From sequence record LT598654.1: a stretch of DNA of 64,000 nt. One strand, given 5' to 3'. The notes below the pieces were generated by a model that was not told the origin of the DNA, ran no database searches, and saw only the letters and a list, made by a program, of their open reading frames with translations. Below, one piece after another: positions 17,208 to 27,650 of the stretch; position 1 is the first letter of the stretch; each line of letters begins with the position of its first letter. A program made the position numbers and the translations under genes.

Positions 17208-17234
17208 AGGGGAGACAAGCTCCCCTTTCCGTTA

Positions 17235-17762
17235 TTAGCTAAAGATTACTTCAAAATCAGTTGCAGAGTATTCACGCTGGTCAAGGTAACCACCGAGAAG
17301 TTTTAAGTCTGCTTCTGATTCTTCATCACCTGCTGTACCGAAGTAAGCAATAGGTGCATAGAAGTTTGACGTAGTAATGTCAGTGATTGTCATATTGGAC
17401 GCATCACCACCGTTTGACGTTACTGCGAACACAAACCAACCTGGAATACCTTCGTCAATATACTGGAAATCCGCAGGTGACTCAGACAGAGGCCACTGCA
17501 CCATTTTAACATTGGGGAATCGCGGAGCAAAGTCTTTGTCGTAAGCAGTTACCTGTAGACAAGTATCACCTTGAGCACTAGCCCAATTAAAGATAGCATC
17601 CATGCGAAGGTCACCGTTGCTGTTAATGTCGGCGTCTTTCATGGCATCAATGTCTGCACTTGTAGGTGGTGTACCTGTGAACATAGCCAGGATTTTAACA
17701 CCCGATGCAGAAAGGCGCGTGTAATTAGAGAAGCGAACAAAGTTATTTGAAACCTGAATCAT
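17235..17762 (-). CDS. Paralog-array virion protein, short form
   Basis: 175 aa; MFTGTPPT...GWFVF...GTAGDEESEADLKL. Confidence 0.8.
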   Translation of the reverse strand: MIQVSNNFVRFSNYTRLSASGVKILAMFTGTPPTSADIDAMKDADINSNGDLRMDAIFNWASAQGDTCLQVTAYDKDFAPRFPNVKMVQWPLSESPADFQYIDEGIPGWFVFAVTSNGGDASNMTITDITTSNFYAPIAYFGTAGDEESEADLKLLGGYLDQREYSATDFEVIFS

Positions 17763-18685
17763 AGTGTGTCCTCCACGTGCTTACCTTCTAACTCGCAGAA
17801 AATTAAACGAGCTGCCTTACCAGGTTGGATAGTAGTATTTGCTACAGTCAGTTCGGCTGGTGATAAGGCAGAACCAACGTTCATCCAAATGAAGGGCCAG
17901 TTATCAATTGCAGACGAAGCACCGTGACCCCGTAAGTCAAAGAACATCATACACCAGCTAACAGGTGTTGAAGTATCTACATTGGTTGTAGGAGCAACGT
18001 TTGAAAAGAAACGGATGTGGTGCATACGAACAACATTGGTGCTGTTGGAAGTAAATACAAAGCGAATCATATTCGTATTGTAAGTAGCCCCAAATGCGAT
18101 GCGCTGGTCGGTAGCTGCTGCGGTATCGACAGAGGTAATATCTACAAATTCTTCACCTACGCTGTCCCAATACTGAACAGTAAAGTCAGCAATGTTAAGT
18201 GCATTAGGAAAAGAGAAGTCAATACCGTCAATGTCAGCATTATAGCCGAAACCAAATTCAATGTATTCACCGGAGTTGATTGGTCCTGTGCCTTCATATT
18301 TGGATTCACCTTGCGTAACATCCTGTGTTAGTAAGTCCGTAAATTCAAATTGGGCGTCAGCATCAATAGGTAACGTGGTTGAGATTGAAGTAGGTACACA
18401 CCAATACGCACCTTCACGAGTAACGTCTTCACCAGTGCCTTTAAAATCAAGACCTACTTTATCAGAGTTAGGTCTGAACTGGATTTTACCTGTTGCACTG
18501 TCATAGCTGAGAACAGATTCAACCATTGCAACACTAGCATTGTATACGCTCAATACATCAGTTGGGTCAAAGGGAATTTCTGCTTCGGTAGCTGGAATGG
18601 TTGAGTTAAACAAAAACACTTTAACGTCTTTGTTAGACAACGCACCAAACGACTCACCTAAGCTCTTTGCTTGTTCTATGATCAT
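17759..18685 (-). CDS. Paralog-array virion protein, long form with discoidin/CBM-like insert
   Basis: 308 aa; FLFNSTIPAT..EIPFD; insert EYIEFGF...FTVQYWD...IRFVF; C-terminal SW...NVGS. Confidence 0.8.
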   Translation of the reverse strand: MIIEQAKSLGESFGALSNKDVKVFLFNSTIPATEAEIPFDPTDVLSVYNASVAMVESVLSYDSATGKIQFRPNSDKVGLDFKGTGEDVTREGAYWCVPTSISTTLPIDADAQFEFTDLLTQDVTQGESKYEGTGPINSGEYIEFGFGYNADIDGIDFSFPNALNIADFTVQYWDSVGEEFVDITSVDTAAATDQRIAFGATYNTNMIRFVFTSNSTNVVRMHHIRFFSNVAPTTNVDTSTPVSWCMMFFDLRGHGASSAIDNWPFIWMNVGSALSPAELTVANTTIQPGKAARLIFCELEGKHVEDTL

Positions 18686-18694
18686 GAGTACACC

Positions 18695-19237
18695 TTATTG
18701 ATGATGGAAAGTAAATACGCTTGGAATAATAGGCGTATCACTTGTAATTGATGTTGTAGAAATTTCTAAGTCAGCGCCTGATCCCGGATTTCCTACTGTA
18801 CCGATAGCGGTATAGAAATTCTCGTAAGCAACAGACCTGTAGTTTGCAGTAGTGACTTGATCAAATACCTGACTCAGAACAAACCATGTTGCAGTACCTT
18901 CCGCTAGGTGAGCGTAGTTAGTATTGCTACTGCTTAAATCGATTTCACTGGTCTGTGTGTCGATTGCTGTCCACAGACTTGCATCGTTAGGAGAGAAGTT
19001 ATAGTACAGTTCAGTACCGAATCCGTCACACCAGCCCATCAAAAGATGGTGATGAACCATATCATCCAAGCCGTTTGCGTTCAAAGAACCAGACAGCTTA
19101 GCTGTATTGTATTCTGCAAATGTAGGCGGTGTTCCTGAAAACAGGTGAAGCAACATTTGAAAGTTACTTCCGTTTTCCTGAGAGTACAGACGATTGTTCA
19201 TTCCTAAAAGAAAAGATTGATTAAAAATCATTATCAC
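18695..19237 (-). CDS. Paralog-array virion protein, short form
   Basis: 180 aa; LFSGTPPT...ATWFVL...GTVGNPGSGADLEI. Confidence 0.8.
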   Translation of the reverse strand: MIMIFNQSFLLGMNNRLYSQENGSNFQMLLHLFSGTPPTFAEYNTAKLSGSLNANGLDDMVHHHLLMGWCDGFGTELYYNFSPNDASLWTAIDTQTSEIDLSSSNTNYAHLAEGTATWFVLSQVFDQVTTANYRSVAYENFYTAIGTVGNPGSGADLEISTTSITSDTPIIPSVFTFHHQ

Positions 19238-20271
19238 ACCTCACGGGCTTTGAAAGTAAAGTCACCAGCCAACAAAGCGCAATCTCTTCCTCTGTCTGGA
19301 GTTTTACGACTGAAAATAAATTCAGCATCATCCTCAGGACCACCAGCCGTAGCAAGCAAGAAAGCACCTTCATGTGTGTATTGCATGTATGCGCCAAGAC
19401 CTGGTGATACAGGAATAACGATAGCCCAAGTAATCTCTTGAGAGGCAACAGGTTCAGCAGGGGTAGCACCAAAGAAGCTAAACTGATCAAGTACAGAATA
19501 GATATTAGACGAATCACCTTCATCTATTTCAATACGAAGCTTGGTAGTGACTGCTTGCTCCGCAAGAACAATAGTCTGGTTATCTACCTGTTCAATAGGG
19601 CTCAGCGTATGGATCAATACCCAATCACCCGCACCCGCATTCAGAGTTTCATCCCATTTGAATACGCGCATGTCACCTTCAAACATGTTAGTGCCAGGGC
19701 CTTTGATTTCGATAGAATCAATACCGACTTCTGTAGCAAAGTCGAGGTCGAAATAGAAACCTTCCAACAAATTCTCAGGACCTATTCCAAAGAAACATCC
19801 GTATTGATGTTTAGTTGGACCGCCAGGAATAAACAACGAATCCAGAGGACTGTAGTTGTTTGAATTATGCGGGTTAGCAGGAGTGTTCAGGTACTTACCT
19901 AAGTTAGTCTCAACTGTCTGTGGGATATGACGATACTTTGATACCGAGTAATCATAGTATCCAAGTTTAGGCAAACAGATTACAGACGAAGACTTCTGAG
20001 TAAACTGTATGGTATTAACAGAGGTAGCACCTTGATTCGCCGTCAGGTAAGAACTGGTTATCATATTGTTGTAGATACCAGCCCAGTTAAACAAACGGAA
20101 ATTTTCATCAATGTTACCGTTGAGATCTGAGTTTCCGTTTTCAATAAACATTTCAAAGGGAATGTCTTCGACGGAAGCAGGAACCGCACCACCGAATGCG
20201 TAAATGAGATAGTCTGGTCCCATTCGTGTACGCATCTGGAATTGAGGCATATATGTGTTATCAATAATCAT
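19234..20271 (-). CDS. Paralog-array virion protein, long form
   Basis: 345 aa; AFGGAVPASVEDIPF; insert containing WDETLNAGAGDW; ITWAIVIP. Confidence 0.8.
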   Translation of the reverse strand: MIIDNTYMPQFQMRTRMGPDYLIYAFGGAVPASVEDIPFEMFIENGNSDLNGNIDENFRLFNWAGIYNNMITSSYLTANQGATSVNTIQFTQKSSSVICLPKLGYYDYSVSKYRHIPQTVETNLGKYLNTPANPHNSNNYSPLDSLFIPGGPTKHQYGCFFGIGPENLLEGFYFDLDFATEVGIDSIEIKGPGTNMFEGDMRVFKWDETLNAGAGDWVLIHTLSPIEQVDNQTIVLAEQAVTTKLRIEIDEGDSSNIYSVLDQFSFFGATPAEPVASQEITWAIVIPVSPGLGAYMQYTHEGAFLLATAGGPEDDAEFIFSRKTPDRGRDCALLAGDFTFKAREV

Positions 20272-20278
20272 TACTTCC

Positions 20279-21031
20279 TCACATAGTTATAGTAGGAGTA
20301 TTGGACGGCTGAGGATTCCATTGAGTCCCCATGATAAGTTTACCTGACAGAGTAGACATAGTTAACTCTGTGGATTTCACTACCATAAACCCTACGTTCT
20401 TTTTGAAAGCTGCACCTGTTGCATCACCTACAGTAGAGATAGGTTTGTTAGAAACATACTTAACCTCAGAGCTAACGTTAACTGAATTAGGTGATGCCAG
20501 TTCAACAGGGGCTTGATGGATAAAGAATTGAGTTTCAAAATCCATATCTGCAAAGTCTAAATCAATAGGTGTGACTTCTGCATTGAACGTTAGAATCCAG
20601 GGGCGTGTATCAGGTTGACCGATACTGTTTTGAATCTCACCGTCAACAGGTTGTGAGAAATTAATATCGTTAATGGACTCTACTTCGACACCTGCGCTGT
20701 AGTCTGACGCAAGAAGATATGTATAGCTGTTTGAAATTGAATCAGCTTCCACCCCTGCATCAAAATCCATACCCGTTAAGGCTACAACAATAGAGTAACC
20801 GAACATTTCGGATTTGCTGAACTGTTGACTTTCTAACAGGTACACACCTAAGACAGTGTTTGATTCCAATAAGCTATTCTTAGAAAAATCGAAACTTTCT
20901 TCAAAGGTGTATACTGAAAAATCAGGAGTAGCGTTTCCGATAAGGGAAGACTTCTTTAAGTTCTCCCCATCGAAAACCCAAGCACCAGGGTCAAACTGAT
21001 CAGCAACGTATGGTATGATTTGTAAAAACAT
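20279..21031 (-). CDS. Hypothetical acidic protein within the array
   Basis: 250 aa; beta-rich; lacks the full array motifs (only TVGDATGA resembles them). Confidence 0.7.
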   Translation of the reverse strand: MFLQIIPYVADQFDPGAWVFDGENLKKSSLIGNATPDFSVYTFEESFDFSKNSLLESNTVLGVYLLESQQFSKSEMFGYSIVVALTGMDFDAGVEADSISNSYTYLLASDYSAGVEVESINDINFSQPVDGEIQNSIGQPDTRPWILTFNAEVTPIDLDFADMDFETQFFIHQAPVELASPNSVNVSSEVKYVSNKPISTVGDATGAAFKKNVGFMVVKSTELTMSTLSGKLIMGTQWNPQPSNTPTITM

Positions 21032-21047
21032 ACTTAGTTACCTTTTG

Positions 21048-21602
21048 TTATACAGCTGGTTGCTGTGCCTGTACGTTGATATTAAAGTTTACAGTAATAT
21101 CGTTCAACTTGTAGCTACGAGTAGTGTCAATAACTGGGTCAGTCATTTCTAAATCTGCACCCGATTCGATACCACCTACTGTACCGAAGATATGCCAGTA
21201 AGAATAGCTATCTGGGTTACCGTCTATGTGTTGGAACATCCAGAACCAAGTTGCAGTAGAACCGTCTACCAGCCCGAACGCAGATTCAGCACGTTGAGAC
21301 AAGAAGAAGTCCATTTGCTTTTGCGTAGTTAAACGTCGGTTAGTTAGGTTGTTGTAGGTCAACGAAAGCAAATTCGTGTAACTACCACCTGCTAACATAT
21401 TCGCGTTGAACTCACTGGTAACCATCCAACCGTCGGCGTGGTGAGTAACACCGTTAGCGTAACCTTCAAGTTCTGAGTAGGTAGGCATCGTACCATCGAA
21501 CAAGCGCACAGTAACACTGTCTGTACTGTTGCCGTAGTTTTCCCAAAAACGTTTTAGTGCAGATGCACGGAAATCGTCGTTAACATCAATCACGTTACTC
21601 AT
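21048..21602 (-). CDS. Paralog-array virion protein, short form
   Basis: 184 aa; LFDGTMPT...ATWFWM...GTVGGIESGADLEM. Confidence 0.8.
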   Translation of the reverse strand: MSNVIDVNDDFRASALKRFWENYGNSTDSVTVRLFDGTMPTYSELEGYANGVTHHADGWMVTSEFNANMLAGGSYTNLLSLTYNNLTNRRLTTQKQMDFFLSQRAESAFGLVDGSTATWFWMFQHIDGNPDSYSYWHIFGTVGGIESGADLEMTDPVIDTTRSYKLNDITVNFNINVQAQQPAV

Positions 21603-21636
21603 TGATTACTCCAAAGTAATTAGTCGCATGTTTAAA

Positions 21637-22704
21637 TTAAAGAGAATCTTTAAATTCAAGATTAAAGTTCTGAACGGTAGGACCTCTGAAACGATCCATA
21701 AGAGTTCTATCCAGTTCAATAGGCGCACCTGAACCTACTGTACCTACGTTACACATAATCACAGGATACCCACTAGTTGTACTCTTGTTGTAACTACTGG
21801 TGTTGTATCGTGAAAAGAAGTTGTTGTAAACAGTCTGGTAAGGATACAGCAATGCCCATGTAATATCACGAGCATCTGTATTCCACGCAGGTTGAGGTCC
21901 GATTAAGTTCAACTGGTTAAGTGCGAAAGAACCTCCACCTGTATTGTTCCAACGGAAACGGAAACGTGTAGAAGTCACAGCCGCAGGCAACTTAATAAAA
22001 CGGGTAAGGTTCTGAGAGAAATAGAACGTATCGTTAATTGAATACGTTATTGCTTCTACCCAATCACCTGCACCCTCATTAGCAGTTGCATCCCACCAAT
22101 CAAAAGTCCAAACACTAGGAGTATTACCTGCGGCCTTCCAGGTAATGTATGCAATTTCTTCTACTGTAACTTCCTGACCATCATAGTCAAAGATATAGTT
22201 ATCAGTACTAGAGTCAGCGGGTGAACCACCGTCCCAGTTATCGGTTGCTTTTGCCATCGCAGGGTCAGCAATACGCAGACGGTTATCGAAACGGTAGAAG
22301 AAATGCTGGGCACGAAGATACGTTTCATTATCGGCATGTGCGTCCGGGTTCTTAATCGTACCATCATCTTCAAAGTACAGAGAAGACATAAGACGATAAG
22401 GTGCCAAATAATACTTGTCAGTTCCCGGAAAAGGAGTATTTACCTTAACGTCAAAGCGAGTCCGAGTGGTTGCACGAATTGATGATCGGTTTACGCCCAC
22501 ATCACCATAGACCAAAGACAAAGTTTGAGCGTGAACTAAATGGCGCTGCACTTCATACAGGTCTTGGTAATCAAAAGGGATTTCATCAACTGAGTTAGGA
22601 ACAGCACCGTCGAAATAGATAGCCATCGCCATATTATCAGCGGTGCTGCTAAAGTGGTGCTTGAAGCTATTAAAAAAGCTAGTGTGTGCGTTAAACAAAA
22701 ACAT
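21637..22704 (-). CDS. Paralog-array virion protein, long form
   Basis: 355 aa; YFDGAVPNSVDEIPFD; WDATANEGAGDW; ITWALLYP; NVGTVGSGAPIEL. Confidence 0.8.
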   Translation of the reverse strand: MFLFNAHTSFFNSFKHHFSSTADNMAMAIYFDGAVPNSVDEIPFDYQDLYEVQRHLVHAQTLSLVYGDVGVNRSSIRATTRTRFDVKVNTPFPGTDKYYLAPYRLMSSLYFEDDGTIKNPDAHADNETYLRAQHFFYRFDNRLRIADPAMAKATDNWDGGSPADSSTDNYIFDYDGQEVTVEEIAYITWKAAGNTPSVWTFDWWDATANEGAGDWVEAITYSINDTFYFSQNLTRFIKLPAAVTSTRFRFRWNNTGGGSFALNQLNLIGPQPAWNTDARDITWALLYPYQTVYNNFFSRYNTSSYNKSTTSGYPVIMCNVGTVGSGAPIELDRTLMDRFRGPTVQNFNLEFKDSL

Positions 22705-23852
22705 TATACACTTACCTCAGGCTCGATGAATTCAAAGTTAATGTTCAAGATTCTAGGGAAGAAGTACCCTGGAAGCCCCGTGCTCTTTGACAGTACCAAT
22801 AGATGATCTTGGTCTAACGCATCACCTACACTACACAACATTACTGGAAGCTTACCTACTTCACTATGGCTTTCAGTATTTGCTCTGGCAAAGATGCTTT
22901 CGCGCAGGTTAATAGGCGCCGGTAACACTAGTGCCCAAGTAATATCAAGAGGTGCAGTGTTATAAGGCTCTAATGTACTCAACAGGCTAACATGACGAAT
23001 ATAGTTGTACGAATTACCAGTGTTAACACCACTTAGAATAAACTTCTTAGCAGTGATTGGAGGAATCTCAACAAAGAACTCCTTATCTGCATTAAAGTTT
23101 ATCTCGCTGGTATCGTTGATGTAATGTTGAACCCATGAAGAAGTTTCTTCATCATAATATTCAAGTGCCCACTGTGCTGAGGTGTAGCTGGTGTTGGAGT
23201 ATTGGTAAATCTCCAACGCATCTACCGTAACGTCTTGATCGAACTCCATGAACACACCCTGGTCATTAGACAGGGCATAACGTCCGCTGTAAAGAGAACC
23301 GTAGTTAGTCCAGTCTCGACCTAAGTTACCAGGTGTACCTGAATAGCGTTCATTGTACCAACAAGCTAAGTCACCGAAGTGCATCTGCCATCGATAGCTA
23401 TTGATTCCTGAGTAGTCTAATTCACCTGGACTCTGGTCGGGAAACAATCCATAGTACGTTGAACTTGCCGGATCACTAGAAGGGAATTCATTTAAGAACT
23501 CAGGGCTAAGGTCATAACGTGCCAAGTATTCGGGAGCCAGTCTGTATCTGCCTCTGCGAACATCCATAGCACTACGCTTTACCGGAACGGCGTTTAACGA
23601 GTGATCACCTTCAAGGATATTTGCATCCTCACCTGTCTTTTGGTACATAGCTGCAAAAGACATAGCCACACAGTTGCGTGAAATATCAAAAGGATTCTGA
23701 ACACTAAAAGGAACTTCGTCCAATGAATTAGGAACAGGGCCTGAAAACAAGTAACAGGCAAATACTTTACGAGTATCAGAGAAGGAATCACTAGACCCCA
23801 TTATCTCCAAAGCAGACTTAGCTAAGCTAGGTCCTGTTTTAAAAGTTAACAT
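22704..23852 (-). CDS. Paralog-array virion protein, long form
   Basis: 382 aa; LFSGPVPNSLDEVPF; MEFDQDVTVDAL; ITWALVLP; SVGD. Confidence 0.8.
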   Translation of the reverse strand: MLTFKTGPSLAKSALEIMGSSDSFSDTRKVFACYLFSGPVPNSLDEVPFSVQNPFDISRNCVAMSFAAMYQKTGEDANILEGDHSLNAVPVKRSAMDVRRGRYRLAPEYLARYDLSPEFLNEFPSSDPASSTYYGLFPDQSPGELDYSGINSYRWQMHFGDLACWYNERYSGTPGNLGRDWTNYGSLYSGRYALSNDQGVFMEFDQDVTVDALEIYQYSNTSYTSAQWALEYYDEETSSWVQHYINDTSEINFNADKEFFVEIPPITAKKFILSGVNTGNSYNYIRHVSLLSTLEPYNTAPLDITWALVLPAPINLRESIFARANTESHSEVGKLPVMLCSVGDALDQDHLLVLSKSTGLPGYFFPRILNINFEFIEPEVSV

Positions 23853-23853
23853 A

Positions 23854-24930
23854 TTACTCTCCGTAAGTTAAAGAAAAGGCGCTAAATTCTAAATCAGTTT
23901 TACCTGATAAGTTAGTAGCCGATTCTAATACGAAAACGCCACCTTTAGAGTAATCACCTACGCTACAAATCATTAGTGGAAACGTATCGTTCGCAGGATA
24001 CTCACCCGACAGAGTTAGGTTTGTGTCCCAGTCGCTTCCGTTACCTAAGTTGAGCAAACCGTACCAATAAGGCATAACGATACCCCAACCTAATGAAATA
24101 GTTTCGTTTAGGTTAGAAGGCTCAATGCTTGAATAGAAGCTAATGTACTTACAAATCCAATCTTGGCTTCCCGTGTCGCCGCCCTTCAATCTGAACTTTG
24201 TACCTACCACTTCTGAGGATAAAGTTACTTCGTTCTTTGAATTGGACTGAGAGTATGTGACGTTCACTGCTGAACCCCAACCTCCTGCACCTGCATTGAG
24301 TGTTTCATCCCAAGGCTCAAGAGTGAAGTTGGTATTCGTATAAGGATTACCTGAATGAGATTGTTGGATAGCAACGTGTGCAATGCTAACCTCTTCCTCA
24401 AACTCAATAATACTCGGATAGTTGTAGTGGCGACGGTTTGGTGAGATATAGAATTGAGGGTCAGTGTTACCTGCTTCAAATGCGTCTGGATTTCGCCACA
24501 AGATTGGAGCCCAGCTTGCTACGTAACGTAAACCGTTTACCTTAGCGTATCGGTTGTCACCACCTGCTTCTATCCCATCTACCTGTACATCGTAACATGA
24601 ATATTTAGGGAACACACGATATAGATCGTTACGTGTGCTGTCTTGGTAAGGAGTCGTAAGCATCGACACGCAGCCTGAGTTTGACGCAGGTAATTCAGCA
24701 TCAATAGACAATGTATCAACGTCTTTAGGCATATTTAAGAATGCCCAGCCCTTTGCATTAGATGAAACCTCGATAGGATTAGTTATGTCGAAGGGAATAT
24801 CATCAACACTGCTTGGCTTGTCACCTTCCATTAACCACACAATAGTACGAGGGCCACCGTTTTCAGTAGACCCAAAGAAATTCCGACTAAGATTTTCTAA
24901 TTGTGCAGCGGAGTCTTTGAATAAAAACAC
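23854..24930 (-). CDS. Paralog-array virion protein, long form
   Basis: 358 aa; LMEGDKPSSVDDIPFD; WDETLNAGAGGW; LGWGIVMP; SVGD. Confidence 0.8.
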   Translation of the reverse strand: MFLFKDSAAQLENLSRNFFGSTENGGPRTIVWLMEGDKPSSVDDIPFDITNPIEVSSNAKGWAFLNMPKDVDTLSIDAELPASNSGCVSMLTTPYQDSTRNDLYRVFPKYSCYDVQVDGIEAGGDNRYAKVNGLRYVASWAPILWRNPDAFEAGNTDPQFYISPNRRHYNYPSIIEFEEEVSIAHVAIQQSHSGNPYTNTNFTLEPWDETLNAGAGGWGSAVNVTYSQSNSKNEVTLSSEVVGTKFRLKGGDTGSQDWICKYISFYSSIEPSNLNETISLGWGIVMPYWYGLLNLGNGSDWDTNLTLSGEYPANDTFPLMICSVGDYSKGGVFVLESATNLSGKTDLEFSAFSLTYGE

Positions 24931-24931
24931 A

Positions 24932-25342
24932 TTAGTCTCCTGAGAAATAAGCTTGGGAATCCGTAGTAGCGAAGGTTACTTCTTCACTGCTACCGTAATT
25001 AAAATCCCCATAATTAAAAGAGTAGTTGTCTGCATTGCTAACTACAGAAGTAGAGCCTGCACCTTGTACATGTTTATGCGCCGTGTAGTGAGGTCCTGCC
25101 GAACTAATGTGAGTTACTGTACTGGATACAGGAGACTCTAACATAGAAATAGCAGTGGTAATACCTTGAAATACTTCCTTGTGGAAAATCTCAAGGTCTA
25201 CCTCTGTGTCTGCAACGGCTGTATAAACAAACTTACCTGTAGGCACAGCTACGGCGACTTTAAGGATACTGGGATATGGATATATCTTTCCCGGGTCTCC
25301 GTAAGAACTGTAGAAGGTATCTTGTTTAAGTAAGCTACTCAT
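24932..25342 (-). CDS. Hypothetical protein within the array
   Basis: 136 aa; tightly coupled to neighbours; lacks the array motifs. Confidence 0.7.
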   Translation of the reverse strand: MSSLLKQDTFYSSYGDPGKIYPYPSILKVAVAVPTGKFVYTAVADTEVDLEIFHKEVFQGITTAISMLESPVSSTVTHISSAGPHYTAHKHVQGAGSTSVVSNADNYSFNYGDFNYGSSEEVTFATTDSQAYFSGD

Positions 25343-25888
25343 TTACTGTACCGTTAGTGAACCTAAATCAATTGTTACACTGCTAGGTTTAATGAACATA
25401 GACTCGGTAACGTTAATGTCGAGGAACTTCAACTCACCGGAACCATCTAAGTCGCTAATGTCTCCAGTAAACACGTAATGCTGTGTTAGATAGTCAGCAG
25501 ATACGCCTCTGATAGCAAACCAACCCAGCGTACCAGAGCCATTGATATTGTTTACGTTACCATCGACTTTATATTCGTTAGCACCTCTGTTTCCAAATCC
25601 GAAGCGCAAAGTAGTTTCGTTCTGAGGGACAATGTTTTTACTAAAGTCATCCAGAACAAATCTGCGAACAACGGTCTGACTTAGAGTAGTCTGAATATAC
25701 GCATCCCATTTGGTAGCATCCATCCATCCTGTGCCTCCGTCTTGATATACATCGGCTGCCTCGATAGCTGTCTTGTCAGGTCGTGTTCCTTCATACAAGT
25801 CAAATATTACCGGGAAGCCTCTGTCTTCTCCAAACATTCTGTACAAAGTGAATGGAAATAAACTAGAGCTTGCTAGAATCGTTGACAT
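25343..25888 (-). CDS. Paralog-array virion protein, short form
   Basis: 181 aa; LYEGTRPD...LGWFAI...GDISDLDGSGELKF. Confidence 0.8.
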   Translation of the reverse strand: MSTILASSSLFPFTLYRMFGEDRGFPVIFDLYEGTRPDKTAIEAADVYQDGGTGWMDATKWDAYIQTTLSQTVVRRFVLDDFSKNIVPQNETTLRFGFGNRGANEYKVDGNVNNINGSGTLGWFAIRGVSADYLTQHYVFTGDISDLDGSGELKFLDINVTESMFIKPSSVTIDLGSLTVQ

Positions 25889-26427
25889 TAGCTAGACACT
25901 CCCTGGATATTGAAATCAATTTGAATGTCATTGAATTTGAAAGGCTTGGTAGTAACGATGTTGGTATCAGTAACTTCCATATCAGCACCACTACCGATAA
26001 GACCTACTGTACCTACGGCTGCGCAACGAACATCAGCACCTGTATAAGAGGTTGCTTCGTCGTGCTGTATCATCAAGAACCATCCAACCAATCCGTCTAC
26101 AAGAGGAGTAGATACGTCAGTGCTACGGCTAAAGCAAAAACGAACAGTGGTAAAATCAATGTGTTCAATATACGAGAAGTTACTGTAACGTTGACGTACC
26201 AGTTCAGTACTACCGTGAGTACCCGTGATCCAGTTGATGAATCCCGAACTGGGCTTAGCCCAACCGTTTGAGTGCCAGCTATCAACGTTAGCTACCAGGT
26301 CAGCTTTTGTCGGAGGTGTGCCTGTGAACAGACTTATAGTAACGTCTTCGAGGTTGTTGTTAATGTCAACAATTGTGTTTTTAAGCAATACAGATTTCAT
26401 TGCTCTGTTTGGAATAACTGTAGGCAT
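25888..26427 (-). CDS. Paralog-array virion protein, short form
   Basis: 179 aa; LFTGTPPT...VGWFLM...GTVGLIGSGADMEV. Confidence 0.8.
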   Translation of the reverse strand: MPTVIPNRAMKSVLLKNTIVDINNNLEDVTISLFTGTPPTKADLVANVDSWHSNGWAKPSSGFINWITGTHGSTELVRQRYSNFSYIEHIDFTTVRFCFSRSTDVSTPLVDGLVGWFLMIQHDEATSYTGADVRCAAVGTVGLIGSGADMEVTDTNIVTTKPFKFNDIQIDFNIQGVSS

Positions 26428-26441
26428 TCTCTAAACTCCAG

Positions 26442-27650
26442 TTAAATGTCATTAAAGTCTAATACAAAGTTAAGCAACTCAGGAACTTCACCGGGTGCTA
26501 TAGAACGTGCCTTGTTCAACGTCATAGTGTTCCCATCGTTAGGACCACCTACGTCAACAAGCAATTGAGGATACTCACGCTTGTACAAATCAGGATTCGT
26601 TAGGGCTCCGTTAGTAACCCAGAACTCACGACCATTCACAGAATAGCCATAACGATCACGAATTTCACTGAACGAGTAACTACCCATATGGAACGGGCAG
26701 ATAAGACCCCAAGTAATATCAACACTAGGTACAGCAGTAGGCGGCGTAGAGGTTAAGAAGCGTAACCAACCGATGTAACAGTCATTACCACCAGTGCCTC
26801 CGAATTTTACACGGAAAGCTTTACCCGTTACATGAGTATCAAGCTCTATGTATTGAATTTCTGTATTTTCGGCAACGTTTATAGTCTGTTCGTCTACCCA
26901 AGTCTCAGTAGCTTCATCCCAAACGTCAAGAGTGATTACAGTAGGGCTATAGTTAGCACCCGAATACCAACCCATCCAGTACTCCAAGCTATCTAACGTA
27001 ACTTCTTCGTTAAACTCGAATACAGAAGGATAGTTATATGGGTATCGACCACCTTGTGCTTGAACAGAGTACCAATCGTAACCACTACCTACGCTAGGAA
27101 TAGGTCCGTCCCTGAGGTTAAGCATACGGTCGCGTGTACGATACTTAGACCACATGCGCTGTAGACCGAAATCAACACTGCACTGTCGGTAATCGTATTT
27201 AAACAAATCCAATACAGTAAGAGACAGGCTATTGGCAGAATAATTGATATAGTACTCTGCATTAACCATCGCAGTATTGTCGTTGCGATCATCATGCCAA
27301 AACATTTCACCGACTATAACAGCAGGAGTTAACGACCACTTGCTGTACGTTTGGTCCAGGTAAGGCTGCTTGGTAGGAATCAGAGTACGTAGATGCTGAG
27401 AATCAATACGTGTAGCACCAGGACCTGCTTGACCTGTTGTGTCTACATCACTTAAAAAGTGGATAGCGGTTTCGCAGTTACGTACTACATCAATTGGACT
27501 GGTTGCATCAAAAGTAATGTCATCAAATGATGTAGGCACAGGACCTGTGAATCCGTAAAAGATATTATAGTGCTGCCAAGCTGAAACTACATCACTGCGG
27601 TGAGTAGCATAGCTGTTTGCTAAAGCAGGACCAGAAAACAAAGTATACAT
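26442..27650 (-). CDS. Paralog-array virion protein, long form
   Basis: 402 aa; GFTGPVPTSFDDITFD; FEFNEEVTLD; ITWGLICP; DVGG. Confidence 0.8.
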   Translation of the reverse strand: MYTLFSGPALANSYATHRSDVVSAWQHYNIFYGFTGPVPTSFDDITFDATSPIDVVRNCETAIHFLSDVDTTGQAGPGATRIDSQHLRTLIPTKQPYLDQTYSKWSLTPAVIVGEMFWHDDRNDNTAMVNAEYYINYSANSLSLTVLDLFKYDYRQCSVDFGLQRMWSKYRTRDRMLNLRDGPIPSVGSGYDWYSVQAQGGRYPYNYPSVFEFNEEVTLDSLEYWMGWYSGANYSPTVITLDVWDEATETWVDEQTINVAENTEIQYIELDTHVTGKAFRVKFGGTGGNDCYIGWLRFLTSTPPTAVPSVDITWGLICPFHMGSYSFSEIRDRYGYSVNGREFWVTNGALTNPDLYKREYPQLLVDVGGPNDGNTMTLNKARSIAPGEVPELLNFVLDFNDI

